64,000 nucleotides of DNA from Macrostomum lignano (GCA_002269645.1 NIVC01000065.1:193738-257737); one strand, 5' to 3'. Positions 22,277-36,207 are shown, counted from the stretch's first letter. Numbers and translations are program-made. The notes: a model not told the origin generated them from the sequence alone.

Positions 22277-22519
22277 TTTTGAATGCAGCTTGCGACTCGC
22301 TTAACGATTTCAAATTGTTTAGAAATAAGAGCATATGCATGCATACTTATTGTCTGTTTGTGGAAAACAATACTGTGATTACAGTTAATAAACGGCAGTT
22401 CATGCGAGCCCATCGGTGAAATATTATTAGATACGTTAGTGAATTATGCAAGCATAGTTGCATGGTCGCACTTTCCTGATCGCCTCTCTTTCCCCTATTT
22501 TGCTGAGTTTTAGACTTGG

Positions 22520-23140
22520 TCTCCTGTCTTTCCTCTGCCTCTCTCTCCCCTCTCTCCTTCTTCCCCTCCCCTATCCTTCCTCTCTTCTCTGTTCTTCTTC
22601 CTCTCCTCTCTCTTCTCTCCTTATTTAACTCCCCTCTCTCCTTCTTCCCCTCTGCTCTCTCCTTCCCCTTATCCCTCTACGTCGTCCTTCCTCTCCCCAA
22701 TTCTCTCCTTCTTCGCCTCCCTTCTCCCCTTCTTCCCCTCTCCTCTTCCCTTCTTCCCCTTATCTTTCCTTCTTCCCCTTATCTCTCTTTCTTCCCCTTA
22801 TCTCTCTTTCTTCCCCTTAGCTCTCTCCTTCTTCCCCTTATCTCTCTTTCTTCCCCTTATCTCTCTTTCTTCCCCTTATCTCTCTTTCTTCCCCTTATCT
22901 TTCCTTCTTCCCCTTATCTTTCCTTCTTCCCCTTATCTCTATTTCTTCCCTTATCTCTCTCCTTCTTCCCCTTATCTCTCTTTCTTCCCTTATCTCTCTC
23001 CTTCTTCCCCTTATCTCTCTTTCTTCCCCTTATCTTTCCTTCTTCCCCTTATCTTTCCTTCTTCCCCTTATCTCTCTTTCTTCCCTTATCTCTCTCCTTC
23101 TTCCCCTTCCTTCTCTCCTTCTTCCTCTCCTCTACCTGCC
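22520..23140. repeat. CT-rich degenerate tandem repeat (ttccccttatctctctttc-like)
   Basis: Near purely pyrimidine strand with ~19-bp recurring units. Confidence 0.9.
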
Positions 23141-24000
23141 CAATACTCAATTCGTTCTCTTTCTTATGTTAAGCATTATCATTCCTACTGCATGCGTATT
23201 AGCAATAAGACGACATCTGTTCGAGTTAAATGTCGAACATAATTTAGAAAAAAAGAATCAGCACAGCTTTTTTGAAGAACCCTAATTTTTAGCACAACGG
23301 ACTTAGCTCAATTGAAACTGGCACATTGCGGACGTGAATACATTTCTCGCAATATAATTGAAACTCAAATCCTTGAAGTCGAAAATGAAATGACAGCCTG
23401 TTTAACTCGTTGGAATGTGTATATGGCTTCGCTTGCAGAAAGTTTTGGTTTAGTACCTAGTTAGATGACTTGCTATTCATGCCTGCACACACAACGCGAG
23501 TCCTTTAACCTCAAGCTGTACTCGCTTTTTGGCCCAACATTCTATTATTAGACAGTGTTTCATTTTATACGTCTGTGACACGTGGGTTGTACGTGCAGCG
23601 GCAGCGTGGGTGCAAAAAAAGAGAACTTTGAGCTTTAAGTGCGACAGCTACATAGAATCTTCTAGAAAGTTCGAGGAATTTTTGACCTATTTTTACGTAA
23701 ATAAATTGTCGAAAAAAACCTATTGCTGCGTATTGACCTACTGATAGTAGAAAGCATGGATTATTTAAATACTATAGCATTAAACAATCGCAGAGATTGG
23801 AAGGCTGAGAAAACTGAACTTTTATGAATTATCAACACATGAAGCTCAAGAATCATATTAGGCTTGTAATTTCTAGTTAGTTTTTGACGCTTTTCTATAT
23901 TATATTGCTGCGAAGTTTGTATCGGACAAATGGAAAGGTGTTATGTACATGTAGGATAGGTAATAGTGCAGGGAGGTTCGAGGCAGTGCTGGGAGCTGGG

Positions 24001-24500
24001 GGTAGTGCAGGGAGCATATGGGTAGTGCAGGGAGCATATGGGTAGTGCAGGGAGCATATGGGTAGTGCAGGGAGCATATGGGTAGTGCAGGGAGCATATG
24101 GGTAGTGCAGGGAGCATATGGGTAGTGCAGGGAGCATATGGGTAGTGCAGGGAGCATATGGGTAGTGCAGGGAGCATATGGGTAGTTCAGGGAGCATGGG
24201 GGTAGTGCAGGGAGCATATGGGTAGTGCAGGGAGCATGGGGGTAGTGCAGGGAGCATATGGGTAGTGCAGGGAGCATATGGGTAGTGCAGGGAGCATATG
24301 GGTAGTGCAGGGAGCATATGGGTAGTTCAGGGAGCATGGGGGTAGTTCAGGGAGCATATGGGTAGTGCAGGGAGCATATGGGTAGTGCAGGGAGCATATG
24401 GGTAGTGCAGGGAGCATATGGGTAGTGCAGGGAGCATATGGGTAGTTCAGGGAGCATATGGGTAGTGCAGGGAGCATATGGGTAGTGCAGGAAGCGTGGG
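24001..24500. repeat. Minisatellite, 20 bp (ggtagtgcagggagcatatg), about 25 copies
   Basis: Exact 20-bp register across consecutive lines. Confidence 0.97.
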
Positions 24501-25483
24501 TACAGTGCAGGGAGAATGCAGGGGCAGTGCAGTTTATCTGGCGGTAATTCAGAGTTGGGAACAAAATGGTTTTGGGTAGAGCGAAAGGACAGTTCTGAAT
24601 CAGATGTAGAACAGTGAGACTGGGATAGTGTATAAGAAGTGACATTAACAAGGACACGCTAAAGCATGCAGTATTCAATTTGCAATAAACTCCTAATTTT
24701 CAAATTAATGAATTTTTGGAGCAGTTGACCCTTAACCAGCAGCATCTGTCGCCTCCCAATCCTCCCCGTGGTGCATAATTAAAGTCCACGCGCTGACCTC
24801 TCCATCGGGCGTTCCAGTGTATACAAACAGGATGGAAGAACATCAAGGTCGCGTGGCAGGATTTCCGAAAAAAAGTTTTTTCATTAATTTTAAATATGCG
24901 CGTGGCGTGGCCCCCTATTGCAATCCCATTCAAGCCAGCTTGCCAGCTTCTCCTATTGGACGCAGCTTCATCTTCCCAGCATCATCTCATCGTCTGGTGA
25001 AGCCTGATTGGCCGGCGCGAGTCTGAGGGAAGCGCGATTTCCCATCGGCGACTCTGCCCGAATCCCCGACTTTGCTCCCCACGCGGGCTCCTCACCTCCG
25101 CAATTTAAAGTGTTGAAAGTTTGAATAATTGAGGCCCAGTTAAATTATTCACCCCCCAGAACCTCGCTCCAGCTCTCTCTCTCTGTGTGTGTGCCTCAGA
25201 CACGAAACTCTCACCCTGACACACACACACACCCCACACAGCTTCTCATTCCGAACCTGGTCGATTCTCACTCGGAAAGGTGACTCCTTGGCAAATTCAA
25301 TTCTTTGTCTTACTGCATTATTCAAGGCCGCCGCTGCACTTGCCGCGAAATCCACTTCTCGGCACAGCAACCCCCGTCATCCCGCGACTAAACCAGCAGA
25401 CACCGCATGGTAATTAACCTGGCCAATTAGTTTTAGGAAAACATAGACACATAAAAACTACCCCACCTCTCTACGGATTCAAG

Positions 25484-27853
25484 ATGGCCGCGGCGTCAAC
25501 AACGGCTGCCGTGTCCGCTAGCAGTCCGCACCATGACCAGCAGCTGGGCATGTCTGACAGCCTGTATCCTGCGGGCGGCTCCGCCAGTCACTACAGAGCC
25601 TCGCCCTGGGACATGGCCGTCAGAAGATGCGGCAGTGGCGTAAGTTTGGCATCGGTTAGTTCCTTTGCTTGTCTCATTATGCACGGGCTTAGCTAGGTAT
25701 TTATTGAAGGGCGGCGGCACCAGTGGCTTTAGCAGCAGTGGCTTTAGCACCAGGGGCTTTAGCACCAGTGGCTTTAGCACCAGTGGCTTTAGCACCAGGG
25801 GCTTTAGCACCAATGGCTTTAGCACCAGTGGCTTTAGCACCAGGGGCTTTAGCACCAATGGCTTTAGCACCAGTGGCTTTAGCACCAGGGGCTTTAGCAC
25901 CAGGGGCTTTAGCAGCAGGGCCTTTAGCACCAGGGGCTTTAGCACCAGTGGCTTTAGCACCAGGGCCTTTAGCACCAGTGGCTTTAGCACCAGGGCCTTT
26001 AGCACCAGTGGCTTTAGCACCAGTGGCTTTAGCACCAGGGCCTTTAGCACCAGTGCCTTTAGCACCAGTGGCTTTAGCACCAGGGCCTTTAGCACCAGTG
26101 GCTTTAGCACCAGGGCCTTTAGCACCAATGGCTTTAGCACCAATGGCTTTAGCACCAGGGGCTTTAGCACCAGGGGCTTTAGCACCAGGGGCTTTAGCAG
26201 CAGGGCCTTTAGCACCAGGGGCTTTAGCACCAGTGGCTTTAGCACCAGGGCCTTTAGCACCAGTGGCTTTAGCACCAGGGCCTTTAGCACCAGTGGCTTT
26301 AGCACCAATGGCTTTAGCACCAGGGGCTTTAGCACCAGTGGCTTTAGCACCAGGGGCTTTAGCACCAGGGGCTTTAGCACCAGGGGCTTTAGCACCAGGG
26401 GCTTTAGCACCAGGGCCTTTAGCACCAGGGCCTTTAGCACCAGGGGCTTTAGCACCAGGGGCTTTAGCGCCAGGGCCTTTAGCACCAGGGCCTTTAGCAC
26501 CAGGGGCTTTAGCACCAGGGGCTTCACCAGCGGCGCTTTGGAATAAGTAACGAAACAAGAGTAATCACAAGAAAGTTTTACTCCCCACCCTATACTCGTA
26601 CATCTATTCACAGTTTCCAGCACTTGCTCATTATAACGAAAACGTATCAATATAGGAAGTGACAGTCTTTCTAGCTCACTATTTTCATTATTTCAACAGA
26701 TAATATTCACTGTGTAAGGCTTGCAAGAGAGTTTGAAAGAGTCCATCGCTCACTGAAAAGTCGAATGCATAAAGAAACTCAACAATTTTAGACCACAGCT
26801 GCTCCGTTCTCGCTGGACGAGCACCAGCTGCTGGCTCGGGCTGCCACCACTCTGGTGGACGGCGGCGGCAGCAGTGGGGTCGGCGCCGAGATGAAGCCGT
26901 CCGGCGGTCCGCACGGCATGCCGATGCCAGCCTTCCTGCGTCAGCACCAGGAGAATTTGTACACGCAGATGCAGCCGCCGCCGCATCCGCTCTACATGCA
27001 GCAGGACCAGCTGCATCAGCAGCAGCATCATCATCAGCAGCATCAGCATCAGCATCAGCAGCAGCAGCTTCAACACCAACAGGAGCTCAGCCACCATCAT
27101 CATCACATGCAGGCGATGGTTGGCTACGGAGGCTACCACAACCTGGCTTATCCGACTAACCCTCACATGGTCGCCGCTGCAGGTCACCAGCAGTTGCAGC
27201 AACAGCAGCTGCATCACCAGGTGCATGAACAACAGCAGCAGCAGTTACAGCAGCAACAGCAGCACCTGCAGCAGCAGCACCAGCACCAGCAGCAGTGCAT
27301 GAGCCCTACATCGCACTATGCAAGTGTCGCTGCCGCCACCGCCGTAGAACTGATGGACTACGATCCCAGGGAGCTCGAAGCCTTCGCTGAACGCTTCAAA
27401 CAGCGTCGAATTAAACTTGGCGTAACTCAAGCCGACGTTGGCAAAGCTTTAGGCAATCTGAAGCTTCCGGGCGTTGGCTCTCTGTCGCAGTCAACCATCT
27501 GCAGATTTGAGTCGCTGACGCTCAGTCACAACAACATGATCGCGCTCAAGCCGGTGCTCCAGGCCTGGCTAGAAGAGGCCGAGCACGTTGCCATGGAGCG
27601 GCAGAAGAACCCGGACGTCTACGGCGACGGGCTGGACAAGAAGCGCAAGCGGACGTCCATAACGGACGCGGAGAAGCGTTCGCTAGAGGCCTACTTCCAC
27701 GTGCAGCCCCGACCGTCCTCGGAGAAGATCGCCCAGATTGCCGAGAAGCTCAACCTGAAGAAGAATGTCGTCCGAGTCTGGTTCTGCAACCAGCGCCAGA
27801 AGCAGAAGCGAATGAAATTCGCCACCCCGGGCATGCACCCGAGCCCGCACTGA
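25484..27853 (+). CDS. POU4: POU class IV (Brn-3/Unc-86) transcription factor; join(25484..25639,26792..27853), 405 aa
   Basis: POU-specific domain (PRELEAFAERFKQRRIKLGVTQADVG...STICRFESLTLSHNNMIALKP) and homeodomain (KKRKRTSI...VVRVWFCNQRQKQKRMK). POU-IV box FSLDEHQLLARA follows the acceptor ttttag|26792. Phase-0 donor GGC|GTAAGT at 25639. Confidence 0.95.
25712..26535. repeat. Minisatellite, 15 bp (gctttagcaccaggg), about 54 copies, in the POU4 intron
   Basis: Direct tandem units; source of the spurious long ORFs in all frames. Confidence 0.97.
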
Positions 27854-29147
27854 CCTTTATTTCACAGCAACCATGCAGGTACATGTACAATTGCAACCCT
27901 CATCCAGCCATTGAGAGATGTTGACACACATAGATTGACTAATTATCATAATTCTTACGGAGATCTTTTTGGTAAATTTTGACTCCTCAAAAACACCTAG
28001 GGCATACAAGAAACCCTTATGGAAAAAACAATGGAACACCTGAATTCCCCTGTGAACCCCCCTCCCACCGAGACCCCTGTAACAACCCCAGTTATAACCT
28101 TTCTCTGTTGGTACACAAGCAGGAGAGATAAAAATGTGTCCTTTGTTTTTTCTACTTGTACTACAACTACAGTTGGTAACTAATTTATAATTTATTTCAA
28201 TCTCCTTTACTGTACATATAGGCGTACACAAGAGCGCAAGTGGATCCAAAGGACTCAAGATATTGAATTTCTGTGATGTTTTCAAGCCCATCTATACTGA
28301 ATAAAGTACCATGGGCGACCAACCTTAGTGTCAGGTAGAAACTTTAAACTTATGTATGTAATGCATTGTCATGGACAGCTGAAGTAGAAGTACGCTCACT
28401 CGACTTTCTTTGAAATGAGCTGGAGGCAGATAAAAAACGTGTATTTGTCATATCGCTTGCTAGAGGAACAGATTCTCTAGAAGCAATACTTTCTAAGAAA
28501 GAACAGCCCCTCTAGAAGCAATTCTATAAGTATTTAGCATGCCCATAGAGAAAGCACAGCTCTGAATGGGGCTTTCGCCATAGAAAAATACGGTGGAGAA
28601 ATCTCATTTTCTCTACGACCTCCAGCTCATTTTTTAGAAAATATAGTGTATAGTTTTTACTTTTTGGTTGTCCATGAGCTCTGGTTGTTTATCATGTGTG
28701 TTAGTTTATGTATTTGAAAGTCTGCACGCTAGATATGCACAATTTATATACCGCGTGTTCACAAACAAAATCGATTTTCTATGTACAAGTAAGAATGGTT
28801 TTAGAGCATGGACATGTACTATTAAGACAGATTTATTGAGGACTTTATTGTCCCAGCTTGTTCTCTACTAATAAAAATATGCTTCGCTTCCTAGAACTTT
28901 GTCCATTCTTGGTGTTGAAAGTGTACGATTGTCGTTCTCATTTTAGTAAACACGGTAGCAACCGCTAGCTTGCGTCTGCAACAGCTGCTGCTTGTGTTTG
29001 TTATTCTGTTTGCGCTTCAATTTGCTTAAAGACGGTGTTTACAAGCATTCAAACTAAAATATACTGTTCATAAGGTATGAATATTTGTCGAATTGTTTAA
29101 TGAAAATTTGCAACTAAGCTGTGAACTCAAGAGTTGCTTCAAGACGG

Positions 29148-29800
29148 GTTCCAGTGTCGCTTCAGGAGTAGGGGGTTCCAGTGTCGCTTCAGGAGTAGGG
29201 GGTTCCAGTATCGCTTCAGGAGTAGGGGGTTCCAGTGTCGCTTCAGGAGTAGGGGGTTCCAGTGTCGCTTCAGAAGTAGGGGTTCCAGTGTCGCTTCAGG
29301 AGTAGGGGGTTCCAGTGTCGCTTCAGGAGTAGGGGGTTCCAGTGTCGCTTCAGGAGTAGGGGGTTCCAGTGTCGCTTCAGGAGTAGGGGATTCTCCAGTG
29401 TCGCTTCAGGAGTAGGGGGTTCCAGTGTCGCTTCAGGAGTAGGGGTTCCAGTGTCGCTTCAGGAGTAGGGGGTTCCAGTGTCGCTTCAGGAGTAGGGGTT
29501 CCAGTGTCGCTTCAGGAGTAGGGGGTTCCAGTGTCGCTTCAGGAGTAGGGGGTTCCAGTGTCGCTTCAGGAGTAGGGGGTTCCAGTGTCGCTTCAGGAGT
29601 AGGGGGTTCCAGTGTCGCTTCAGGAGTAGGGGGTTCCAGTGTCGCTTCAGGAGTAGGGGGTTCCAGTGTCGCTTCAGGAGTAGGGGGTTCCAGTGTCGCT
29701 TCAGGAGTAGGGGGTTCCAGTGTCGCTTCAGGAGTAGGGGGTTCCAGTGTCGCTTCAGGAGTAGGGGGTTCCAGTGTCGCTTCAGGAGTAGGGGGTTCCT
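29148..29800. repeat. Minisatellite, 27 bp (ccagtgtcgcttcaggagtagggggtt), about 24 copies
   Basis: Direct tandem units with occasional 1-bp G deletions. Confidence 0.97.
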
Positions 29801-30861
29801 GTCTCGCCATTAATTAAGCTCACCCATTTGTTGCATATCGAATCAATGGCAACTTATTGTGCAAAAACAATAAAACAAAAAAATAATGCAAGAGAAATCG
29901 CCGATCAGGAGACCCAGTGTGGAATTCAGAGTCTAAACAAAACTATGCTAGGTTTAGGAGAGCTGTACCTAAAGCTTACATAGGAGAGGCGCTTTTTAAA
30001 GAGGCTGCATGGACTCTCACTCCGACCCTCTCTTTCTCAGCTCCGTCAGTCTCTATGCGATTCTCTTAGGTAGTCCTCCAAAAAAATTCACATCCAACCA
30101 AACTTCCAAGTATCGGGAGTGCTCCAGCAGCAGCAGCAGCAGCAAGGGTTACACACTATATACTGAGCAGGGACCGCTATAGCGTGGACTGCGGCCGCAC
30201 ACGTGTGCGTGAGGAGGGCATTGTTTAATCTTGAGAAGTATGGGAGTTCCAAGGGGTTGACTGGGGGGGGGGTGTAGAGACGAGAGTCTTAGGAAGCAGC
30301 GCGGCTTTAAGATGGAGGACCAGTAGTGGTAGCCGCTTCTCATCTCTCAACTGGCCTCCCGCTACTCAAAGCCTGAAAAAAACTGCGCGGGGTTTTTCTC
30401 TTCCCCTCTTCCCTGGCAGCATAAATATTTCACAGGTGGGCCGCGTTCCCATCGGCACCGGCTGAAACTTTGGTGGCCTAACTTTTTCTCCGCGCCCTGG
30501 CAATACTGCGAGTGGATTACTAATATTATGGGGAGTTTGGCCTTCATTGCCCAGTACTGAGCCGAGATGGAGGAGACTGGAGTCAGCCTGCCCGCTCTGG
30601 AAGACACTACTACAGTATATAGCACGAAGGAATGAAAACAGAGCGGGAATTAATTAGAGAGAGACTATTCAAAACACGTCATTTCCCCAACCCCCCAGCT
30701 TTCAAACCTGGGATTGCTTTGAGAGTTTTTTGTCTCGGCCGCCGCTTGCGTGAAAGAACTTTTTTGTGAAATTCATTTTTTTTTAAGAATTGCTTATTGC
30801 AAACTGATGGCTGCTAGAAGATAGGCTGATCTGGAAGAAACACAGCCTCCTATAAGGATAG

Positions 30862-31120
30862 CTCCTCTAGAAGCAACATCTTCCAAGAAAGAGCAGCTCC
30901 TCTAGAAGCAAAACATTTCAAGAAAGAGCAGCTCCTCTAGAAGCAAAATCTTCCAAGAAAGAACATCTCCTCTAGAAGCAAAACCTTCCAAGAAAGAATA
31001 GCCCCTTTAGAAGCAAAACCTTCCAAGAAAGAACAGATCCTCTATAGAAGCAAAACATTCCAAAAAAGAGCTTTTGGAGCCTTTGGAAGCTCCTCTAGAA
31101 GCAATACCTTCCAAGAGCTT
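30862..31120. repeat. Degenerate ~36-bp tandem repeat (cctctagaagcaaaaccttccaagaaagaacagct); related short copy at about 28465-28525
   Basis: Recurring ctctagaagcaa...ccaagaaaga units. Confidence 0.85.
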
Positions 31121-31699
31121 CTAGAGCAAGACTTTCTTTAACTAAGACCTGCAAGCCTGAATAATTATAGCCTGGAAACAAGCGTACAATAAAATGAATT
31201 AGATTTCCAGATCAGGAGAATTTCTCTACCAGCGCTCAGCATTCAGCATCCTTAACTGAGGCGTTCATAAGAGTTCTATCCAAGGTTGGTTAAGTATTAC
31301 CAAGGCGCCAAGCGGTTATCAGGAGGGGACCCTCACCTGCGAGCGAGTGAGCTGAGGCCTCTCAAAGGGGCTCGGGGACTGAGCTGGCCAAAGCCTCCCT
31401 GCTCAAGGGTTCACAGCAGCTGGTTGATGCGGGAAAAAATTCCCTGGCAGTTTTCTATTAGAGAAAAGCGAGCGAATTCAGAGAAGAGCCATTTCTCTCT
31501 CTCGGGCCCAACACTTAAAAAGGCGATTGATTCATTGTGCGCTACTGCTGTACATGCTCACTGTTTATTGTATACGAGCTATTAAAAAGTGGCACATGAA
31601 TATAAACCCCTGGTAAGTTGAATGGTGAGGCATGACAGTCAGACAGAAGCTGGGAATTGGAGTGATACAGTATAGGGGAGAGAAGTGGAGTGAGATACT

Positions 31700-32550
31700 G
31701 GGAAGGTAAAAAGTAGAGTGAGATACTGGGAAGTAAGAGTGAGACACTGAGAAGTAGAGTGAGTCACTGAGAAGTAGAGTGAGACACTGAGAAGTAGAGT
31801 GAGACACTGAGAAGTAGAGTGAGACACTCAGAAGTAGAGTGAGACACTGAGAAGTAGAGTGAGACACTGAGAAGTAGAGTGAGACACTCAGAAGTAGAGT
31901 GAGACACTGAGAAGTAGAGTGAGACACTCAGAAGTAGAGTGAGACACTGAGAAGTAGAGTGAGACACTCAGAAGTAGAGTGAGCCACTGATAAGTAAGTG
32001 AGACACTGAGAAGTAAGAGTGAGAAATTGAGAAGTAGAGTGAGACACTGAGAAGTAGAGTGAGACACTGAGAAGTAGAGTGAGACACTGAGATTGGTGAG
32101 AAGTAGACTGAAACACTGAGATTGGTGAGAAGTAGAGTGAGACACTGAGAAGTAAGAGTGAGACACTGAGAAGTAGAGTGAGACACTGAGAAGTAAAGTG
32201 AGACACTGAGAAGTAAGAGTGAGAAATTGAGAAGTAGAGTGAGACACTGAGAAGTAGAGTGAGACACTGAGAAGTAGAGTGAGACACTGAGAAGTAAAGT
32301 GAGACACTGAGAAGTAGAGTGAGACACTGAGAAGTAAAAGTGAGAAACTGAGAAGTAGAGTGAGACACTGAGATTGGTGAGAAGTAGACTGAAACACTGA
32401 GATTGGTGAGAAGTAGAGTGAGACACTGAGAAGTAGAGTGAGACACTGAGAAGTAAAGTGAGACACTGAGAAGTAGAGTGAGACACTGAGAAGTAAAGTG
32501 AGACACTGAGAAGTAGAGTTGAGATACTGAGATTGTTGAGAAGTAGAGTG
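31700..32550. repeat. Minisatellite, ~20 bp (gagacactgagaagtagagt), about 40 copies
   Basis: Direct tandem units with variant units (gattggt insertions). Confidence 0.95.
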
Positions 32551-34844
32551 AGACATCTGGAGGGTGAGCAAGCAGATAAGTTGAGAATATGTTGCGAAAG
32601 CAAAAGTTTTCTTTCAAGTTAATTTAGCTATTCAATCGGGGAGAAAAAAGTAAGACAGAAAAAGTTGCCAACAAAGGAAAAAATGAAAGGGCACCATATG
32701 ATGACGATATCAACATTCCATACAATATTAGCTATATGACTGATAGATAGTCTTATTACATTGTATTGTAACAATTCATAGTTTGAGCAGACCAGACAGT
32801 GAAGCCCAGTATGCCAATGTATTGTTGTTGAGTTCTGCATATGTTGGCGCCAAAGCCCCACAGAGAGCGAGGAGCCTACAGGCCCCATCTGCTCCAGATT
32901 ATTCTGCGAATTTAGAGAATAAAACCCGTGAAATCTCCCCCCACCTCACCGCGCCGATTTCCCTCCTCACAGCGGGGGGTTCGAAATCATGCTTTGGAAA
33001 AAAACTGTACACTGCACACAGACAGACATCAAGCTGATGCTCACGACAATACAAAGAGCTCCAATCTCCCCCAATAGGACACCCGACTATGGATCAAGTT
33101 AGTCAAAAGCTTTAAAAGAAGATTTAGCAGAGCTTTGACCAAGCTCTAAAACGGTAGCTTTCAAGGCAATCATTTCTTTTGACAGTTCACGGGGCTGATA
33201 CGCTCCGAACCGATCAAGTATTGGGAAATCCCCATTCAGCAGATCGTCTCTCGCATTTTTGATCCCCGGGTTTCGCGTTTGGTCATTTTGAATTTTCTTT
33301 CTCTAATGCAGTAAAAACAGAGGCTTAGCTGTAGGGGTTGGGAAACAACGAGAGACTGAAAGACCAGCGATGGAGGAGGATTAGCAGCACCTGCTTCTTA
33401 ATCCATTATTTAAGAACACAAGAGAAAAGCGAAACGGCCCTGCTGGACGCTGGATATGATGAAGCTTGGCCTCCATTTCAGCATCAGAGCCTATTGAGTG
33501 TGGCCGCCCGCCATAGCCTTTTCTTCGGGGGAAAATATCCCCCCTATCCACTTCTCAAGGCTGCTCAAGAGACAGCAAGACGCACGGATGGGGACAGGTC
33601 CTGCTAAATAATGCAGAATCCCATCTGGAGTTGTCTTTTATCATCTACAGTCTTGACAAGTCTCCTTTGGCTGCATACTGGGGTGCCAGTAAAATCCCCG
33701 CTGAGAATTTCCAAACATCAATTACAATTTTGGCGCAGAGAGGGCACCGGCTCGCGCGCACAATATGCAGCGTTGAAAAATGCATGACAAACCAAAAGTG
33801 AGGATTATACACGGGGATATTAGAACGTGATGAGATTAAGCACGAGATTGACGGGTGTTAATACTCATCGCGTGCCATCTGAGAACTGCTCGAGAATTGG
33901 GAAGGGGGCTTGCCAAACTGGATAGGAAATACAGCTCTGTGCCAAGCAGCTGTATTGAAGTCACGGGCTCGATTCTTTCGTCAAGATTTCGGCGCCAAAT
34001 GGACAAGCGTCATCTTCGTCTTGAAATCTTTCTTGACACAACTCAGAAAGCGGCAATTTTTAACCCCAGAAACTGACATGCAGTCGTCAAAAAGCCAAAA
34101 GTCACAAATTCGCAACATGGCCCGGATTTGATGACAAAACTAGGGGGGGCAAAAAGTCATTTTAGACAGGCCCTAACAACTCACTCTCGCTCCGTCTCTG
34201 GCCCCTATTTTTGCTCAACCCCTCCATTTCCCCTTTTATCCACTTTCTGTCTCTGAGTCTCCAGGACCAGAGCGGCAGAGAGAGACTCAGAAATGAGAAT
34301 TCCCCGGAGAGAAGCAGAAACAGGCTCTGAGTCTCTTCTAGCAAGTCGTCCTCCTGATGCTTTTGTGCTGACGCTGGATTTTAATCCAATCTAATGTCTT
34401 TGGCCTCGGCCTCTCTTTCTCTCTCTCTCTGGCTCTCTCAAGGGAAAGCCGGCGTGAGAACCATAAAAAATAGCTTTCCGAGCGAACCTGCACCGGCGTC
34501 CCCACTTTCCCGATCCATTTTCATCCATTTCTCTCCATGCCAGCCAGTCTGTTGATCTGCAGTCAGCTTTTCACTTTTATACGCAGTGCGCGTGCGCGAG
34601 TGCGCGTCAAAGTTCGCAGAAATTTATTGCTAATTACACATGCGATACCTCCAGCTTCCCATGGCAGCTGGATGGACCGGATCTTTTATTGGGAAGCCCA
34701 AGCTACACGGGAGGGAGATACGGAACTGACACTCTTGAAGCAGACCCAACCAACTCAGAAGAAAATATTTAATTTTTAATTATAAACTGATCTGAACTGA
34801 AATTCCATGAAAAAATGAAGATTTTAGTGCCATATTTAAAAAAG

Positions 34845-35625
34845 TATAGTGCCATCTTTGATAACAGCAGTGCCATTTTGAGCAAGATTGCAATGCCACT
34901 GTTGATAACAGCAGTGCCATTTTGAGCAAGATTGAAGTGGCACTTTGATGATAGCAGTGTCATTTTGAGCAAGATTGCAGTGGCACCTTTGATAACAGCA
35001 GTGCCATTTTGAGCAAGATTGCAATGCCACTGTTGATAACAGCAGTGCCATTTTGAGCAAGATTGAAGTGGCACTTTGATAACAGCAGTGCCATTTTGAG
35101 CAAGATTGCAGTGGCACTTTGATGATAGCAGTGCCATTTTGAGCAAGATTGAAGTGGCACTTTGATAACAGCAGTGCCATTTTGAGCAAGATTGCAGTGG
35201 CACTTTGATGATAGCAGTGCCATTTTGAGCAAGATTGCAGTGGCACTTTGATGATAGCAGTGCCATTTTGAGCAAGATTGAAGTGGCACTTTGATGATAA
35301 CAGTGCCATTTTGAGCAAGATTGAAGTGGCACTTTGATGATAGCAGTGCCATTTTGAGCAAGATTGAAGTGGCACTTTGATGATAGCAGTGCCATTTTGA
35401 GCAAGATTGAAGTGGCACTTTGATAACAGCAGTGCCATTTTGAGCAAGATTGAAGTGGCACTTTGATGATAGCAGTGTCATTTTGAGCAAGATTGCAGTG
35501 GCACCTTTGATAACAGCAGTGCCATTTTGAGCAAGATTGAAGTGGCACTTTGCTGATAGCAGTGCCATTTTGAGCAATATTGAAGTGGCACTTTGATGAT
35601 AACAGTGCCATTTTGAGCAAGATTA
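34845..35625. repeat. Minisatellite, ~43-46 bp (agcagtgccattttgagcaagattgaagtggcactttgatgat), about 17 copies
   Basis: Direct tandem units, each with an internal inverted pair agtgcca/tggcact. Confidence 0.95.
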
Positions 35626-36207
35626 TACAGGCATTTGACATTTCCGGAATCTCAAGCAATGGAGGCAGCCGTTGGCCCGAGGAGCTGGAACTCGGGCAGG
35701 GAGAAAGAAATAAAAGCAAACCCGGCCCCATGATTTTTCTTAGATCCCAGCGCCACATGGAAATTTTCCCATCAGACCTGAAGCGACTTCTCTCCCCGCA
35801 GCCTCTTTTCTAGCCTAAAAATCCACAGAGTCAGGACTCCCGCGTCTGCAGTCGCCGAAAGCCCCGAAGACTGCCCTCCCTTCCTTACAGCACACATGAA
35901 AACGTGGAGAACAAACACACGATCTCAAGCTGGATAGGCGTATGAGCATGGAGTATAGTCTAAAGGCATTACTAGCTTGCGGACTGAAGAAATTACCGCA
36001 AACACTACTTTAGCTATATTGGGTTGGATGGCAATGTTTAATAGATTTTGTCGGCTTAGGATATTAGGATTACGTGTATGTGCACTGTACTTTCAACGTA
36101 TATATGTACACGTGATATTGCGAACTAATATATAATGTATATTATATGACAGATCTTTGTAAGTCGCTTATTGAATATTTCCAAGGTGTCAAAGCAAACG
36201 ATCCAAA

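Noticed and set aside
22516-23172. 218-aa Leu/Ser/Pro/Phe-rich 'membrane protein'
   Set aside because: Translation of a CT-rich low-complexity repeat.
25496-26650. Long ORFs in four frames (KPLVL, GFSTR, APGAK, ALAPG repeats), collagen- or elastin-like in appearance
   Set aside because: Translations of a stop-poor 15-bp minisatellite lying inside the POU4 intron.
30862-31120. Repeat units containing ctagaag as possible HSE arrays
   Set aside because: They lack three correctly spaced alternating nGAAn units.
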